Positions 1 to 10,332 of a stretch of DNA of 64,000 bases are shown here, in pieces. The DNA lies in the IMG/VR virus record IMGVR_UViG_3300009712_000884, positions 7,795 through 71,794 of that record, one strand, 5' to 3'. The number at the start of each line of letters is the position of its first letter. The stretch's first letter is position 1. The notes beneath the pieces are model-generated. The model saw only the letters and a program-made list of their open reading frames with translations, was not told the origin of the DNA and did not search any database. This DNA is from a virus. Taxonomy: Duplodnaviria > Caudoviricetes. Made by a program: the position numbers and the translations under genes.

Positions 1-1767
1 GTCTTTAGACCTGAGTACAGAAGAGATATTATAACTAATAAATCTTTGATAAATAGAGATTTTAGTTGTTACACAGGGATAATATCTGGTGTTGTTATTG
101 ATGTGTTTTCTGATTTACCTGTTGAAGGAGTTAAAGTAGAAGCAATAGGTGGTGAATATGAATATGAACCAGTAGAAACAGAGAGTGGAGGTGTTGTCTA
201 TCAACCAAAACCAAAGCAACAAGTTACTGATGTTTCCGGTGTGTTTTTGTTTGAGTTACAAAAACCAGAAGAGTTTTATCAAGTACATCTGTTTAAGGAA
301 ACAACAGCATTGAAATATTATCAGTATGATCAGAATGATGCGACGAAAAGAACAAGTTTAGAAGATCCGAATTTTATATTATTTATTTCTGGTATTGAGT
401 ATCCAATTTATCATATATCAGGTCAAGTTGTTGATGAAAGTGGTTTGCCTATTCAAACAGAAGTAGTAGCACAAAATGGTATACAAGAAGCCCCGAGTAT
501 TATAAATGGTTGGGGAAAGGTAGAGGAAATTCCACATTATGTGTTTACTAGTGGTGTTACTTCTACAGGTGATTACTGTGTTGATGTTCGGTTACCAGGT
601 GATTATACAATATATCCTCGTTCATATGGTTATGAATATACACCAGAAATATATAGGATAAACGATGTTAATGAAAACCACAGTGGTCTGGACTTTGTTG
701 GAGAGCTTATAGATGAAGAGACAGAAGAAGGTAATGCGTATGATTTAGACTATTGGATAAAAGGTTGTGTTAGAGACGCATGGACTCAGTGTGGTGTAAG
801 TGGAATAGAAGTAGTTGCAATAGCAAAGTCAGATTCAGAAGAAGAGTATGTAGTATCAACAGATATTGAAGGTGTGTTTACTTTTAATGAAATACCAAGA
901 GATGTGTATTATGTATATCCTAGATCAAGTTCAAACTTGTATTATCCACGAGTTCCTCGTGTTGTAAATACATGTTATAATAATATATCAGGTGTAGATT
1001 TTGATTGTGTTCCTCTTCGAAAGATTAAGGGTACAGTGCGTTATAGCACAGGTGAACCTGTTGTAGATTTGCCTATATTAATAAACGCAGCACATTCAAA
1101 AGTAAGTTTATTTGATTTTTCAGGTCTTGAGGTTTGGTCTTATGATAAAGATTTATATATTCCAATTGCAAAAGACTTAGGGAATGGTGTAAAAATTATT
1201 GTTAATGAAGGTAAACACAACTTTATTATACTTTCGGGTATTGAAATTATTGACTGTTTTGGTGTTTTAACATCAGGTAACAGTATTCCTGGAATATCTA
1301 TATCAGGCTTAAGTTTTCCTACTGATGTTGATTTTACAATGAGAGGAAGGAATAAAGTTGTATCATTTGGAAATAGTACAGTTTTTGAAGGTAGTGGTAC
1401 AGTGTTGTATGAAACTTATTATCGCGAAGACGAGCGTGTGATGTTTGATGAAGAAGACGTGTTTATGGTTTTCGGTGTGCCGAATTACACCGGTGTTTAT
1501 AATTTACCTGTGTTTCCTGATGAAGAAAATCAGCAGTTTATAACACAGTTTGTTTACGAGAAAGTTTATGGAAGAAAAGATAATAATACACTTTTTACAT
1601 TGAATTTAAGTCCAGCTATTACACCACTTGATTTTGAGGCGATTAATGTAGTTGATTTATGGAGAGAGTTTGGAGATGTTGATGTAACTGTTCATGATAT
1701 AAGACCAGTAATAAGAAATATGCAGCAGATTACTGTTGATAAAGATGGTACTATGATATTGGAGTAA
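1..1767 (+). CDS. 5'-truncated protein with repeated carboxypeptidase-regulatory-like/Ig-type beta-sandwich units; probable virion structural or adhesion protein
   Basis: Frame is open from base 1 (VFRPEYRRDIITNKSLINRDF...), so the TTG start at 46 is not required; about four repeats of I[SK]GxVxD...PV.G..V.A. Confidence 0.5.
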   Translation, partial: VFRPEYRRDIITNKSLINRDFSCYTGIISGVVIDVFSDLPVEGVKVEAIGGEYEYEPVETESGGVVYQPKPKQQVTDVSGVFLFELQKPEEFYQVHLFKETTALKYYQYDQNDATKRTSLEDPNFILFISGIEYPIYHISGQVVDESGLPIQTEVVAQNGIQEAPSIINGWGKVEEIPHYVFTSGVTSTGDYCVDVRLPGDYTIYPRSYGYEYTPEIYRINDVNENHSGLDFVGELIDEETEEGNAYDLDYWIKGCVRDAWTQCGVSGIEVVAIAKSDSEEEYVVSTDIEGVFTFNEIPRDVYYVYPRSSSNLYYPRVPRVVNTCYNNISGVDFDCVPLRKIKGTVRYSTGEPVVDLPILINAAHSKVSLFDFSGLEVWSYDKDLYIPIAKDLGNGVKIIVNEGKHNFIILSGIEIIDCFGVLTSGNSIPGISISGLSFPTDVDFTMRGRNKVVSFGNSTVFEGSGTVLYETYYREDERVMFDEEDVFMVFGVPNYTGVYNLPVFPDEENQQFITQFVYEKVYGRKDNNTLFTLNLSPAITPLDFEAINVVDLWREFGDVDVTVHDIRPVIRNMQQITVDKDGTMILE

Positions 1768-1772
1768 AATAA

Positions 1773-3653
1773 ATGGCCTGGAAAGATTCTACATGGAAAA
1801 TTGCGTGGGATGGTCGTATGGAAAACCCTGTGGGTCATATTTCAGACGACCAGTTACCTTGTACTGCGTTTGTATACAAGTATGTTGTACACAAGGGAAT
1901 ATATCTAGGTGGTTGGCTTGTAGAGGGATCTCCTGTAAATGATTATAAAGGGGTATTAACTCATCATATTGGTACTTATTTCAAAGAAACAATTTATCCT
2001 ACCTGGCGAAGTACAATTTTTTCTTTTGGTTTTGGCTTGGTATTTTGGACTCTTCAATATATGGATAATAAAGAATTACGAGTTTTTTACAAATGGTTAT
2101 TACTAGAAGATTTACCCGAGGTTTATCAAGATAAAATTCAAGATAGACAGACGCTGGTTTTTAATTTAGAAATAGGTGAAAATTGTGAAATTAAAGATGC
2201 TTATACTTTATATTCGGGGTCCTTTAATGCTTCTCCAAGTAATCAAAATGTTTATCCAGATTTACTTGTTGGTGAAAAGATATACTGTATGTATCAAGGT
2301 AAGGAGATATGTTTTACAGTTTCTAGTAATGATGGAAAAGGAAATGTTATATGTCGAGGTTATAAAACAGACGATAATGAAGAAATTGTGTTAACAGATT
2401 TATCTGTGGGTACTGAGTTAACACTGGAAGTATCACATGCTTGGGTTGAAATTGGTATTTATGGTGAAAGACGAAAAGATGATGGCACAGTGGAAGGTGT
2501 ACCTGGAGAATACACATGGTGGGGTGATGAACGTTACTCATTTAATGGTGTTCCTTATTTTAACATGACTTCATCAATTTATGGAATGTATACTGCAGGT
2601 GATTATGTTATGCTTGATGGTGAACTGGGTTCACCAATTATAAATGCATCACTACCTGAAAACTCTACAGTTTGTATAGTCGAACATTCAATAGGTATTC
2701 CATTTATAGGTCCAAGATGGGCGGTGTATTGGTTCAAAACATTAGCTGAAACACCTGGAATTAGTATAACACGAAAGAAAGATTGTCATACATTTATTAT
2801 TGCATACACAGAAGAAGGTAAACTTTTTGCACGTGAGGTTGGTTTTTCAGCGTTGGAGAATACTTATGTTTATAAAGATATACAGATTTCGTCTAATGAT
2901 GATACAACACAGTATACACAACCGTTAGTATTCCAAGATTATACATTAAATATACATTTTATTTGTCAAGGTGAAGGTAATAAGATTTTTGGTTTTTGTA
3001 CAAACACACAGCTGGATTTGGTTCATAAGTATGAAATTTGTACTGGCAAAAAACCTGCAATTGTGTTTGACGATATTTTATCAGTAGTTTATCTTATGGT
3101 CGAAAGAAGTGCATATGTTGATTCCAATGGTGTACAGTGTCTCGCTGGTTTGTATATGTTAAAAGGAACACGGAGTGAAGATAATGAATATGAATTTGAG
3201 GAATATGGTAGACTTCAAGATAAAGGTAATATTGATCTAGGTTATTCTTTTTATACATTGGAATATAATCATAATACAAACCAGCTAGCTGTTGTTTTTA
3301 CATATTCTGACAGAATTGTACAATACACACTAGATAAAAATTTTAAACCAATGGAAACTGAAACCATAGAGTTAGCTGATGTAAAGTCTTATTCTGTTCA
3401 GTATAATATATACAAAGAGTATGTGTCATACAGAGATAGAACTCTGTATTATAAAAGAGAAGATCAAAGAGAGGTGAAAATAAAAGAGAACATAGATTTA
3501 CCATTCGGTTTTTGTATTGCACCAACAATTAATGCATCATATGTTTGTTTTTATGATAAACCAACTGAAAACGATGAGAAAGATATATGTATGTATGAGT
3601 ACAGAGGTTTCTGGAAAAAACTTGATATAAAAAAGCAAGAAGAAACAGTTTGA
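1773..3653 (+). CDS. Large hypothetical protein, possibly virion structural (beta-rich)
   Basis: 626-aa ORF rich in Y/V/G/T, directly after the Ig-repeat gene; no recognised catalytic motif. Confidence 0.4.
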   Translation: MAWKDSTWKIAWDGRMENPVGHISDDQLPCTAFVYKYVVHKGIYLGGWLVEGSPVNDYKGVLTHHIGTYFKETIYPTWRSTIFSFGFGLVFWTLQYMDNKELRVFYKWLLLEDLPEVYQDKIQDRQTLVFNLEIGENCEIKDAYTLYSGSFNASPSNQNVYPDLLVGEKIYCMYQGKEICFTVSSNDGKGNVICRGYKTDDNEEIVLTDLSVGTELTLEVSHAWVEIGIYGERRKDDGTVEGVPGEYTWWGDERYSFNGVPYFNMTSSIYGMYTAGDYVMLDGELGSPIINASLPENSTVCIVEHSIGIPFIGPRWAVYWFKTLAETPGISITRKKDCHTFIIAYTEEGKLFAREVGFSALENTYVYKDIQISSNDDTTQYTQPLVFQDYTLNIHFICQGEGNKIFGFCTNTQLDLVHKYEICTGKKPAIVFDDILSVVYLMVERSAYVDSNGVQCLAGLYMLKGTRSEDNEYEFEEYGRLQDKGNIDLGYSFYTLEYNHNTNQLAVVFTYSDRIVQYTLDKNFKPMETETIELADVKSYSVQYNIYKEYVSYRDRTLYYKREDQREVKIKENIDLPFGFCIAPTINASYVCFYDKPTENDEKDICMYEYRGFWKKLDIKKQEETV

Positions 3654-3665
3654 CAAGGAGTTGTT

Positions 3666-4064
3666 GTGAAATTTATAAAAAGAATTAAACAAAGATTTAG
3701 ACGGATGTTCAAAGAAGAGAGAAGATTTTTTGTTAAACTTGAGCCTGTGTGTGATATAAGAGAAGTATATAAAAGAAAAAATCTTGTACTGGACCCTGAT
3801 CTTATGTTTACAACAAAGCTTTCCTTTGATTTAGATAGTTTGGATAATTTATATAGTATAGATGAGAAGAAGTTACTTGAATTGTTTCTCAATGGTGAAA
3901 TATGTAGAAGACCTGTGGTTGGAATAATTTGGCAGTTAAATGAAAATTGTGTAAGTATACTTTATCCAGAAGTTCCATATCTGGTTATGTATGCATTACC
4001 TGGAAACGAAAAATGGAGTTTCTTACCTTCAGTAACCAGACTTTATGAAATAAAACTTATTTAA
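3666..4064 (+). CDS. Hypothetical protein
   Basis: GTG start with AAGGAG RBS; 132 aa. Confidence 0.55.
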   Translation: MKFIKRIKQRFRRMFKEERRFFVKLEPVCDIREVYKRKNLVLDPDLMFTTKLSFDLDSLDNLYSIDEKKLLELFLNGEICRRPVVGIIWQLNENCVSILYPEVPYLVMYALPGNEKWSFLPSVTRLYEIKLI

Positions 4065-4085
4065 ACAGTGAACTAAGGTGCACAG

Positions 4086-5753
4086 ATGAAACTTGAATAT
4101 GATGGATCGGTTATAAGATTATATCCAGGATATCAAAGCCTTAAACACATTCTTAGAACTTTACCTATGTGGAGTTATTATGATGCTACAAGAAGATGTT
4201 ATGTATATCCTGAATCTGCAGTATTAACATTGTGTACTGTGTTTCCCGACGCTACAACAAACGAGGCATTTATTGAACTTTTAAAAAAGCACGAAAGATT
4301 TTATCGTGATGTAGTACATATAAAAGAAGGAAAAAGAACACTTGAAGATTTTGGAATAACACTAAAAGGTTTGAAAAACAAACATTTACTTAGAGAGTAT
4401 CAGGTTACAGGTGTGTTATTTGCTTTTCATGGTAAAAAAGTTTTACTGGCTGACGATATGGGCTTAGGTAAAGCATTAATGGCGATTTCAACATTTCTTG
4501 CACTTAAGGAGAAACATAATATAAGAAAAGTGTTAATTGTATGTCCAAATTCAATTAAATATAGTGTTTGGGCACATGAGATAAAAAAGTGGACAAAGTT
4601 GCATTCTACAGTAGTTGATGGTAATAAAAAGCAAAGAATTTCACTTTTACAGAACATTAAATCTACGTTTGTAATAATAAACTATGAAGCAATAAGAGTT
4701 TTAAGCAAATACATAAAGGAATGGCAACCTGACATGGTTGTACTTGATGAATGTCATGCAATAAAAAACAGAAAAGCAAAACAAACATTAGCAATCAAAG
4801 AAATAAAAGCTCCTTATAGATTGTTGTTAACAGGAACACCAGTGTTAAATCGTGTTGAAGAACTGTGGAGTCAATTAAATTATTTAGATGAACGTTACTG
4901 GTTTTCATACGGTAAGTTTGTACAAAGGTACTGTACATTTAAAGAACAATGGTTACCACATGTTAGAAGAACGGTGAAGATAATTTCTGGTTATCAGAAT
5001 CTTGATGAGTTAAAAGAGCATCTGTATTGTTATTATTTTAGAAGGACTAAGAATGAGGTTTTAACCGAGTTACCTGATCGTGTGTATGAAACACGTTTAT
5101 TAGATTTGACATTACAACAGAAGCAGAAGTATAATGAATTAGTAGACGAATGTGTGTGTGAATTAGATAAAACGACGTCATTTACAACATTTGCTGCAAG
5201 ATTACAAAAGTTATTGCAGGTATGTGATTTCGAAGAAGGGAGTTGTGAGTCATCAAAGTTTGATGAATGTGAAAAGATTTACAATGAGTTAAAAGAAGAG
5301 CATAAAATTGTATATTTTACGTGGTATGTAAAGACAGCTCAAATGTTGAAAAAAAGATTGGAGTTGTTAGCAAAGAAAGATGGATATACAGTAGTTGAAA
5401 TTGATGGCACAACACCAGTGGAAGAAAGAACAAAGAGTGTTGATAAGTTTACAAACGATAGTAATTGTAAAGTTTTTATTGCTACGATTGCTACTTGTGG
5501 TTTGGGTCTTAATTTAACAGCGAGCGATGTATGTGTTTTTGTTTCACGTTCATTTACACCAGCAATTAATGACCAGGCTGAATCAAGATTACACAGACAA
5601 GGACAAAAGAAAACGGTTAATATAGTTATATTGAAAACAAGAAACACAGTAGAAGAGCGTGTAGAACATATATTAAGAAAAAAGGAGATACTTTTTGAAG
5701 ATTTATTTAAAGACAGTGAAAATCTGGAACAGATTTTTAAGAAGGTGGAGTAA
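4086..5753 (+). CDS. SNF2-family (SF2) helicase/ATPase
   Basis: LADDMGLGK, VVLDECHAIKN, LLLTGTPVLN, GLGLNLT, QAESRLHRQGQ. Confidence 0.92.
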   Translation: MKLEYDGSVIRLYPGYQSLKHILRTLPMWSYYDATRRCYVYPESAVLTLCTVFPDATTNEAFIELLKKHERFYRDVVHIKEGKRTLEDFGITLKGLKNKHLLREYQVTGVLFAFHGKKVLLADDMGLGKALMAISTFLALKEKHNIRKVLIVCPNSIKYSVWAHEIKKWTKLHSTVVDGNKKQRISLLQNIKSTFVIINYEAIRVLSKYIKEWQPDMVVLDECHAIKNRKAKQTLAIKEIKAPYRLLLTGTPVLNRVEELWSQLNYLDERYWFSYGKFVQRYCTFKEQWLPHVRRTVKIISGYQNLDELKEHLYCYYFRRTKNEVLTELPDRVYETRLLDLTLQQKQKYNELVDECVCELDKTTSFTTFAARLQKLLQVCDFEEGSCESSKFDECEKIYNELKEEHKIVYFTWYVKTAQMLKKRLELLAKKDGYTVVEIDGTTPVEERTKSVDKFTNDSNCKVFIATIATCGLGLNLTASDVCVFVSRSFTPAINDQAESRLHRQGQKKTVNIVILKTRNTVEERVEHILRKKEILFEDLFKDSENLEQIFKKVE

Positions 5754-5757
5754 GACG

Positions 5758-6591
5758 ATGAATAAAGTACAGTTTGCATATGATTTATATGGTTATATGA
5801 ATTGGAAAGCAGTATCAGCTAAGGAGATTTATACATTTTTAAAGTTTTTAAAAGAAGATTTTGTAATTAGAAAAGATGTAAAAACAGAGTTAGTAGAATT
5901 ACCTGCTCTAAAAGGGATAAATAAATATTGTTTATCAGTAAGAACAGATGAATTTGCACCTTGGATTCTTGTACATGTTGATAGAATACCTGTATCAGAA
6001 GTATACTTTTCAATTTCTGAAGAGCATGTATCTGGACAGTTAGATAATGTTCTTGGTATAGCAATTGTAAAACAGCTTATAGCAGCCGGAGTTCGAGTTA
6101 ACATACTTTTTACAACTTCAGAAGAACATTGTTTATCATACAAGCAGATTGACATGTATTTTCGTTGTTTTTATCCTAATAAAAATCCAGTATTGATTGA
6201 CCTGGATATTGATGTTTTTCATGATTTAACAGAATTTGCTGGAGGAGAAATTACGATAAGGGATAGAGATGAGCGTGCAATGTTTAACAGAATGTTGGTA
6301 GAGAAACTTAGAAGTATAGCAACAGAGAATTCAATACCATGGTTAAATTTGAATACTTGGACATTGGTGCAAATGGGTTTACTTTGTTTTTATACGAATT
6401 ACACTGGAGCTTATGTTGGTATACCTGTTGTAAATTATCACACAGGTTATGAAGAAACGTATTTGACATGTGTCAACAATGTTTTTAAACTGTTATATTT
6501 ATTTCTTAACAACAACGAGTATAAAGGAGAACAAAAGAACAAAGAAGATACGGAAGAAATATACGGAGAATCATTAGTTTTAGCGATATAA
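5758..6591 (+). CDS. M42/M28-like zinc metallopeptidase/hydrolase
   Basis: LVHVD, GQLDNVLG, LFTTSEE, DLD and NYHT match the metal-ligand pattern of M28/M42 peptidases; start moved to ATG 5758 (GGAG RBS). Confidence 0.55.
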   Translation: MNKVQFAYDLYGYMNWKAVSAKEIYTFLKFLKEDFVIRKDVKTELVELPALKGINKYCLSVRTDEFAPWILVHVDRIPVSEVYFSISEEHVSGQLDNVLGIAIVKQLIAAGVRVNILFTTSEEHCLSYKQIDMYFRCFYPNKNPVLIDLDIDVFHDLTEFAGGEITIRDRDERAMFNRMLVEKLRSIATENSIPWLNLNTWTLVQMGLLCFYTNYTGAYVGIPVVNYHTGYEETYLTCVNNVFKLLYLFLNNNEYKGEQKNKEDTEEIYGESLVLAI

Positions 6592-6645
6592 TAGTTTTTG
6601 AAATGATTTTAAATGGTGTAACATAGAAACAGAGAAAGACTAAAA

Positions 6646-7419
6646 ATGGGAAGTTTAAAAGAGAGAATAGAAGCAGTTGTCAAAGAGTTACAGAGTAAAG
6701 GAGAAGAACCTACTAGTTATCGTGTTGCTCGGATTCTAGGGTTATCAGAAAGTACGGTTTATTACTATTGGCGAACAGGTCAAATATCAATTTCTTCAAA
6801 AGTTCTGTTGGAAGAGAAGCTGCATTCATTGAGACGAATTATGAAAGATTTAGGTAAGAAACTTCGTGAATTTCAAGACATACTTGCAGAAGTAGATTGT
6901 ATTCTTGAAGATAAGATAACTGAAAAAAAGTTGCAAAACACACCGGTAGATGTATCAACAAAGAAATCTGAGAGTATGGTTACCATAAATCCAGTTAAGT
7001 CTTCTTCTGAGACGCAAGGACAAAGAACTGATGTAGAAAGAGATTTGAGTATGGTAACCACAAAAACACGATCATCTTTGGAGTTACAAAAAAAGGGAGT
7101 TGACGAAATACATAAGCAAGTGAGTGAGTTCTTACAGTTGTTTCGTCAGTTTTATAAGGCAAAGTATAATAGTATATATGCGCAAGGTGGTTACAGTGCT
7201 AAGGAAAAAAGTCAGGTTTATAGATTAATAAAGACCTTGAATAAAGAAGAGTTGTCATGGAAAAAGTATTTACAGTGGTGTTTTCAAAAAGCACAGAAAA
7301 CTAGAGATTTGGTATTAACAATTGGACTTATATCTTGTCGTGAGTTTTTACAAGAATTCATAGTGACACAAAAAAACAAAGAGATTCCCGAATGGATAAA
7401 AAAGAAAGAAAATGTTTAA
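6646..7419 (+). CDS. HTH protein, possible replication initiator
   Basis: N-terminal HTH (SYRVARILGLSESTVYYY); overlaps the DnaC-like gene. Confidence 0.4.
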   Translation: MGSLKERIEAVVKELQSKGEEPTSYRVARILGLSESTVYYYWRTGQISISSKVLLEEKLHSLRRIMKDLGKKLREFQDILAEVDCILEDKITEKKLQNTPVDVSTKKSESMVTINPVKSSSETQGQRTDVERDLSMVTTKTRSSLELQKKGVDEIHKQVSEFLQLFRQFYKAKYNSIYAQGGYSAKEKSQVYRLIKTLNKEELSWKKYLQWCFQKAQKTRDLVLTIGLISCREFLQEFIVTQKNKEIPEWIKKKENV

Positions 7420-8081
7420 GATGTGATGGTAATGGTGTGATTAAAGTTCCTGATAGTCAATATCTTGAAGGTTTTAGACTTGAATTGTGTGGTTGTAAAT
7501 GGACAGAAAAAGATTTTAATATTCCTACAAGATATATTGATAAAGGATTAAGTAATTTTGAAGGACACGAGAAATTACTAAAATTCTTAGAGTCATATGT
7601 TGAAGAATATAAAGAAGGTCAACAAGGTCTGTATTTTCATGGCCCAAACGGTGTTGGTAAAACGCATTTAGCTGTTGCGTTAATAAAGGAATTTGCACAG
7701 GTTAAGGGTATAAGAGGTCGATATATTTCCTATGTAGATTTACTAGCATTGAAAAGAGAAAAGTATGCACAGAATAATGTAGCAAACATTATAGAGAGTT
7801 TTGAAAAAGCAGAACTTTTAGTTCTAGATGACCTTGGTGTTGAAAAGGAATCTTCATGGGTTATGGAGCAGACTACAAGTTTGATTGATTTTAGATATCG
7901 TTCTTGTTTAACAACAATTATAACATCAAACTATTCACTTGAGAATTTGAAGTATCGTTTTGAGGATATTGTTGTTGGTTATCGTATTGTAAGTCGTCTA
8001 ACAGAAATGTGTGTAGTAATTGAATTGGGTGGTAAGGATTATAGATTTAGGAGTTTCAGGGAGAAAAAGTATGAAGGGTAA
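7392..8081 (+). CDS. DnaC/IstB-like AAA+ helicase loader
   Basis: N-terminal CxxC..CxC; Walker A GPNGVGKT; Walker B LVLDDLG; TIITSN. Confidence 0.86.
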   Translation: MDKKERKCLRCDGNGVIKVPDSQYLEGFRLELCGCKWTEKDFNIPTRYIDKGLSNFEGHEKLLKFLESYVEEYKEGQQGLYFHGPNGVGKTHLAVALIKEFAQVKGIRGRYISYVDLLALKREKYAQNNVANIIESFEKAELLVLDDLGVEKESSWVMEQTTSLIDFRYRSCLTTIITSNYSLENLKYRFEDIVVGYRIVSRLTEMCVVIELGGKDYRFRSFREKKYEG

Positions 8082-9429
8082 TCAAGAGTATATAGAAGAA
8101 AGATTGTTAGCGTTGCTTCTGAAAGACATATCAGTAATAATAACAGCTGTTGATGTTGTACAAGAAAAATGGTTTACTTCTTCCGAGCACAAATTTCTAT
8201 ATAGTTTGATTACTAAACATTTCAAAGAATATGGTGCACTTTTATCTTTTGAAAGTGTATTGAAGTATATGAAGGAATACAAGGCCACGGAGGCAGAGAT
8301 TGAAAACTTACGTAATGTGTATCTTTATATTACAGGTTTTAAGGTTGATAAGAGTGAATTTGACTTTTTAAAAACTAGATTATTTGAAACATGGCAAACT
8401 CGTGAGATATTAAAAGAAATTGATAGGTTTGTTACAGAATATGAAAAAGGTAATTACAGTGTATTAAAGCAATTTGTTAATAAGCTTGTGCTGGTTGACA
8501 TGGAAAATGTAAGTCATACATATGTTAACAGAGGTGAATTTATTGAGAGTTTTGTAGAGAGAAAGAATTTACTGGAAGAAAAAAGAAAGAATCCTACGAA
8601 ATACAAAGGTATTTTAACAGGAATAGAGAAACTTGATGAGTTGACGGGAGGTTTATGGAAAGGAGAAGTAGGATGTGTTTTTGGTAAAACAATGATAGGA
8701 AAAAGTACTCTTGTTTTATCTTTTGCTAAAGAAGCTTTTTTTAACAGTTATCGTGTTTTATATATTGTTGAGGAAATGCCTTTACAACAAGTGATGTCTA
8801 GATTTGATGCAAGTTTTTCTCGACTTGAGTACAGGAAATTTAAGGAACCATGGTTTTTGAGTGAAGGAGAGCAGAAAAGATGGGAATATAGAATAGAAGA
8901 GTTAAAGAAATATTATGAACAAGGTGCTCGTCTTTATATACATCATATTCCAGTGAATTGTAGTATTGATGTAATTCAAAGAGAAATTGAATATGTAAAA
9001 ACGAAAGAAGGTCGACCACCAGATCTAGTGATAGTTGATGATCTTGATATGATGACATATTCATCAAAGTATAGTAGAGAAGAAGGTATGGTAATGAATG
9101 CAAGAGGTCTTAAAAGTATTGCTGGTAAACATAATGTAGCTATATGGTTTACTAAACAATTAGCAATGTCGGCTTATGAGAAAGAGATACTTGAGATTCA
9201 AGACCTGGCGTTTGCAAAAGGTGTTGTACATCAGTCTGATATGGTGGTTGGTTTACAACAAACTGCAGAGGATAAAAACATTGGACGTGTAACACTTCAA
9301 ATAGTAAAGTTTAGAGACGGTCCAGTTGGAAAACTGATTTATTTATCTCCCGATTTAAGTCGTGCATTAATTCATGTTGAAGAATTTTCAATACAAGAGG
9401 TGGGAGAACAGAAGGAAAATTCAGTATAA
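8071..9429 (+). CDS. dnaB: DnaB-like replicative helicase
   Basis: TGIEKLDELTGGL, GKTMIGKST, VIVDDL, IVKFRDGPVG; start moved to ATG 8071. Confidence 0.85.
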   Translation: MKGNQEYIEERLLALLLKDISVIITAVDVVQEKWFTSSEHKFLYSLITKHFKEYGALLSFESVLKYMKEYKATEAEIENLRNVYLYITGFKVDKSEFDFLKTRLFETWQTREILKEIDRFVTEYEKGNYSVLKQFVNKLVLVDMENVSHTYVNRGEFIESFVERKNLLEEKRKNPTKYKGILTGIEKLDELTGGLWKGEVGCVFGKTMIGKSTLVLSFAKEAFFNSYRVLYIVEEMPLQQVMSRFDASFSRLEYRKFKEPWFLSEGEQKRWEYRIEELKKYYEQGARLYIHHIPVNCSIDVIQREIEYVKTKEGRPPDLVIVDDLDMMTYSSKYSREEGMVMNARGLKSIAGKHNVAIWFTKQLAMSAYEKEILEIQDLAFAKGVVHQSDMVVGLQQTAEDKNIGRVTLQIVKFRDGPVGKLIYLSPDLSRALIHVEEFSIQEVGEQKENSV

Positions 9430-9495
9430 TAACAAGTCGGTACTTGGGTCAGAGAACGTATATATAAGATCGGTTAACAGAGGAGAAAAAGATAT

Positions 9496-10332
9496 ATGGT
9501 AAACTTATATTTAGGAGATGCATTAGATTTGCTTGATACGACACCCGATGAGTCGGTTGATTTGGTAGTGACTGATCCTCCGTATAATTCAAGTGCAATT
9601 GAATGGGATGGTAAAGACGATGAGTGGCAGTTTAAATGGCTAGAGAAAGTGAAAATAAAGATGAAAGAAGGTGCGAGTTTTTATATGTTTTTTGCGCCTA
9701 TGAACATGTATGGTGTAGAGAGATGGATTCGACAGAATTTAACTTTGAAAAACTTAATAGTTTGGCATCACTCTAATTTATACAGTGCTGGTTTAAGTTA
9801 TGGTAAAGACAGGTACAAATCAACCTGGGATGTTATATTTTATGCAACGAAAGGCAATAAAGCAAAGCATGGAAAGAATGTAAGTCAAACTGCATATTTA
9901 GAAACGGGTAGGGGGTTTGATGTAATTATTACACCACAGCCTCGTCCTTTATTACACCGGGCACAAAAGCCTTTTGGTGTTATTGAAAGGTTTATTAGAT
10001 GTAGTTCCAACGAAGGAGATGTAGTATTTGATCCATTTATGGGTGTAGGTACAACTGGGATTGTAGCAAGATTTCTAGGTAGACATTTTATTGGTTTTGA
10101 GAAAAACAAGTTATATTTTAATATTTCAAAAGCCAGAATTTCCTGTATTGAGACAAACAAAGATTACAGAATTTTAAGTACATTTGATAAGCAATTATGG
10201 TTGTTATTAAAGCAAAAGAAAGAAAACAAGATTAACGATAAAGAATTAGAGATTAAGTTAAGAGAATTGGGAGTACATTTTACCAAGTCTGTTTTACCGC
10301 CAGATTTATTTACCAAGCAACAGGAGAACTAA
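9496..10332 (+). CDS. DNA N6-adenine/N4-cytosine methyltransferase (beta class)
   Basis: VTDPPYN (motif IV) precedes VFDPFMGVGTT (motif I). Confidence 0.92.
   Translation: MVNLYLGDALDLLDTTPDESVDLVVTDPPYNSSAIEWDGKDDEWQFKWLEKVKIKMKEGASFYMFFAPMNMYGVERWIRQNLTLKNLIVWHHSNLYSAGLSYGKDRYKSTWDVIFYATKGNKAKHGKNVSQTAYLETGRGFDVIITPQPRPLLHRAQKPFGVIERFIRCSSNEGDVVFDPFMGVGTTGIVARFLGRHFIGFEKNKLYFNISKARISCIETNKDYRILSTFDKQLWLLLKQKKENKINDKELEIKLRELGVHFTKSVLPPDLFTKQQEN

Noticed and set aside
3651-3668. Read-through joining 1773-3653 with 3666-4064 (likewise 10332/10333 and 16863/16873)
   Set aside because: Same frame, but each downstream gene has a properly spaced AGGAG-type RBS and its own start codon
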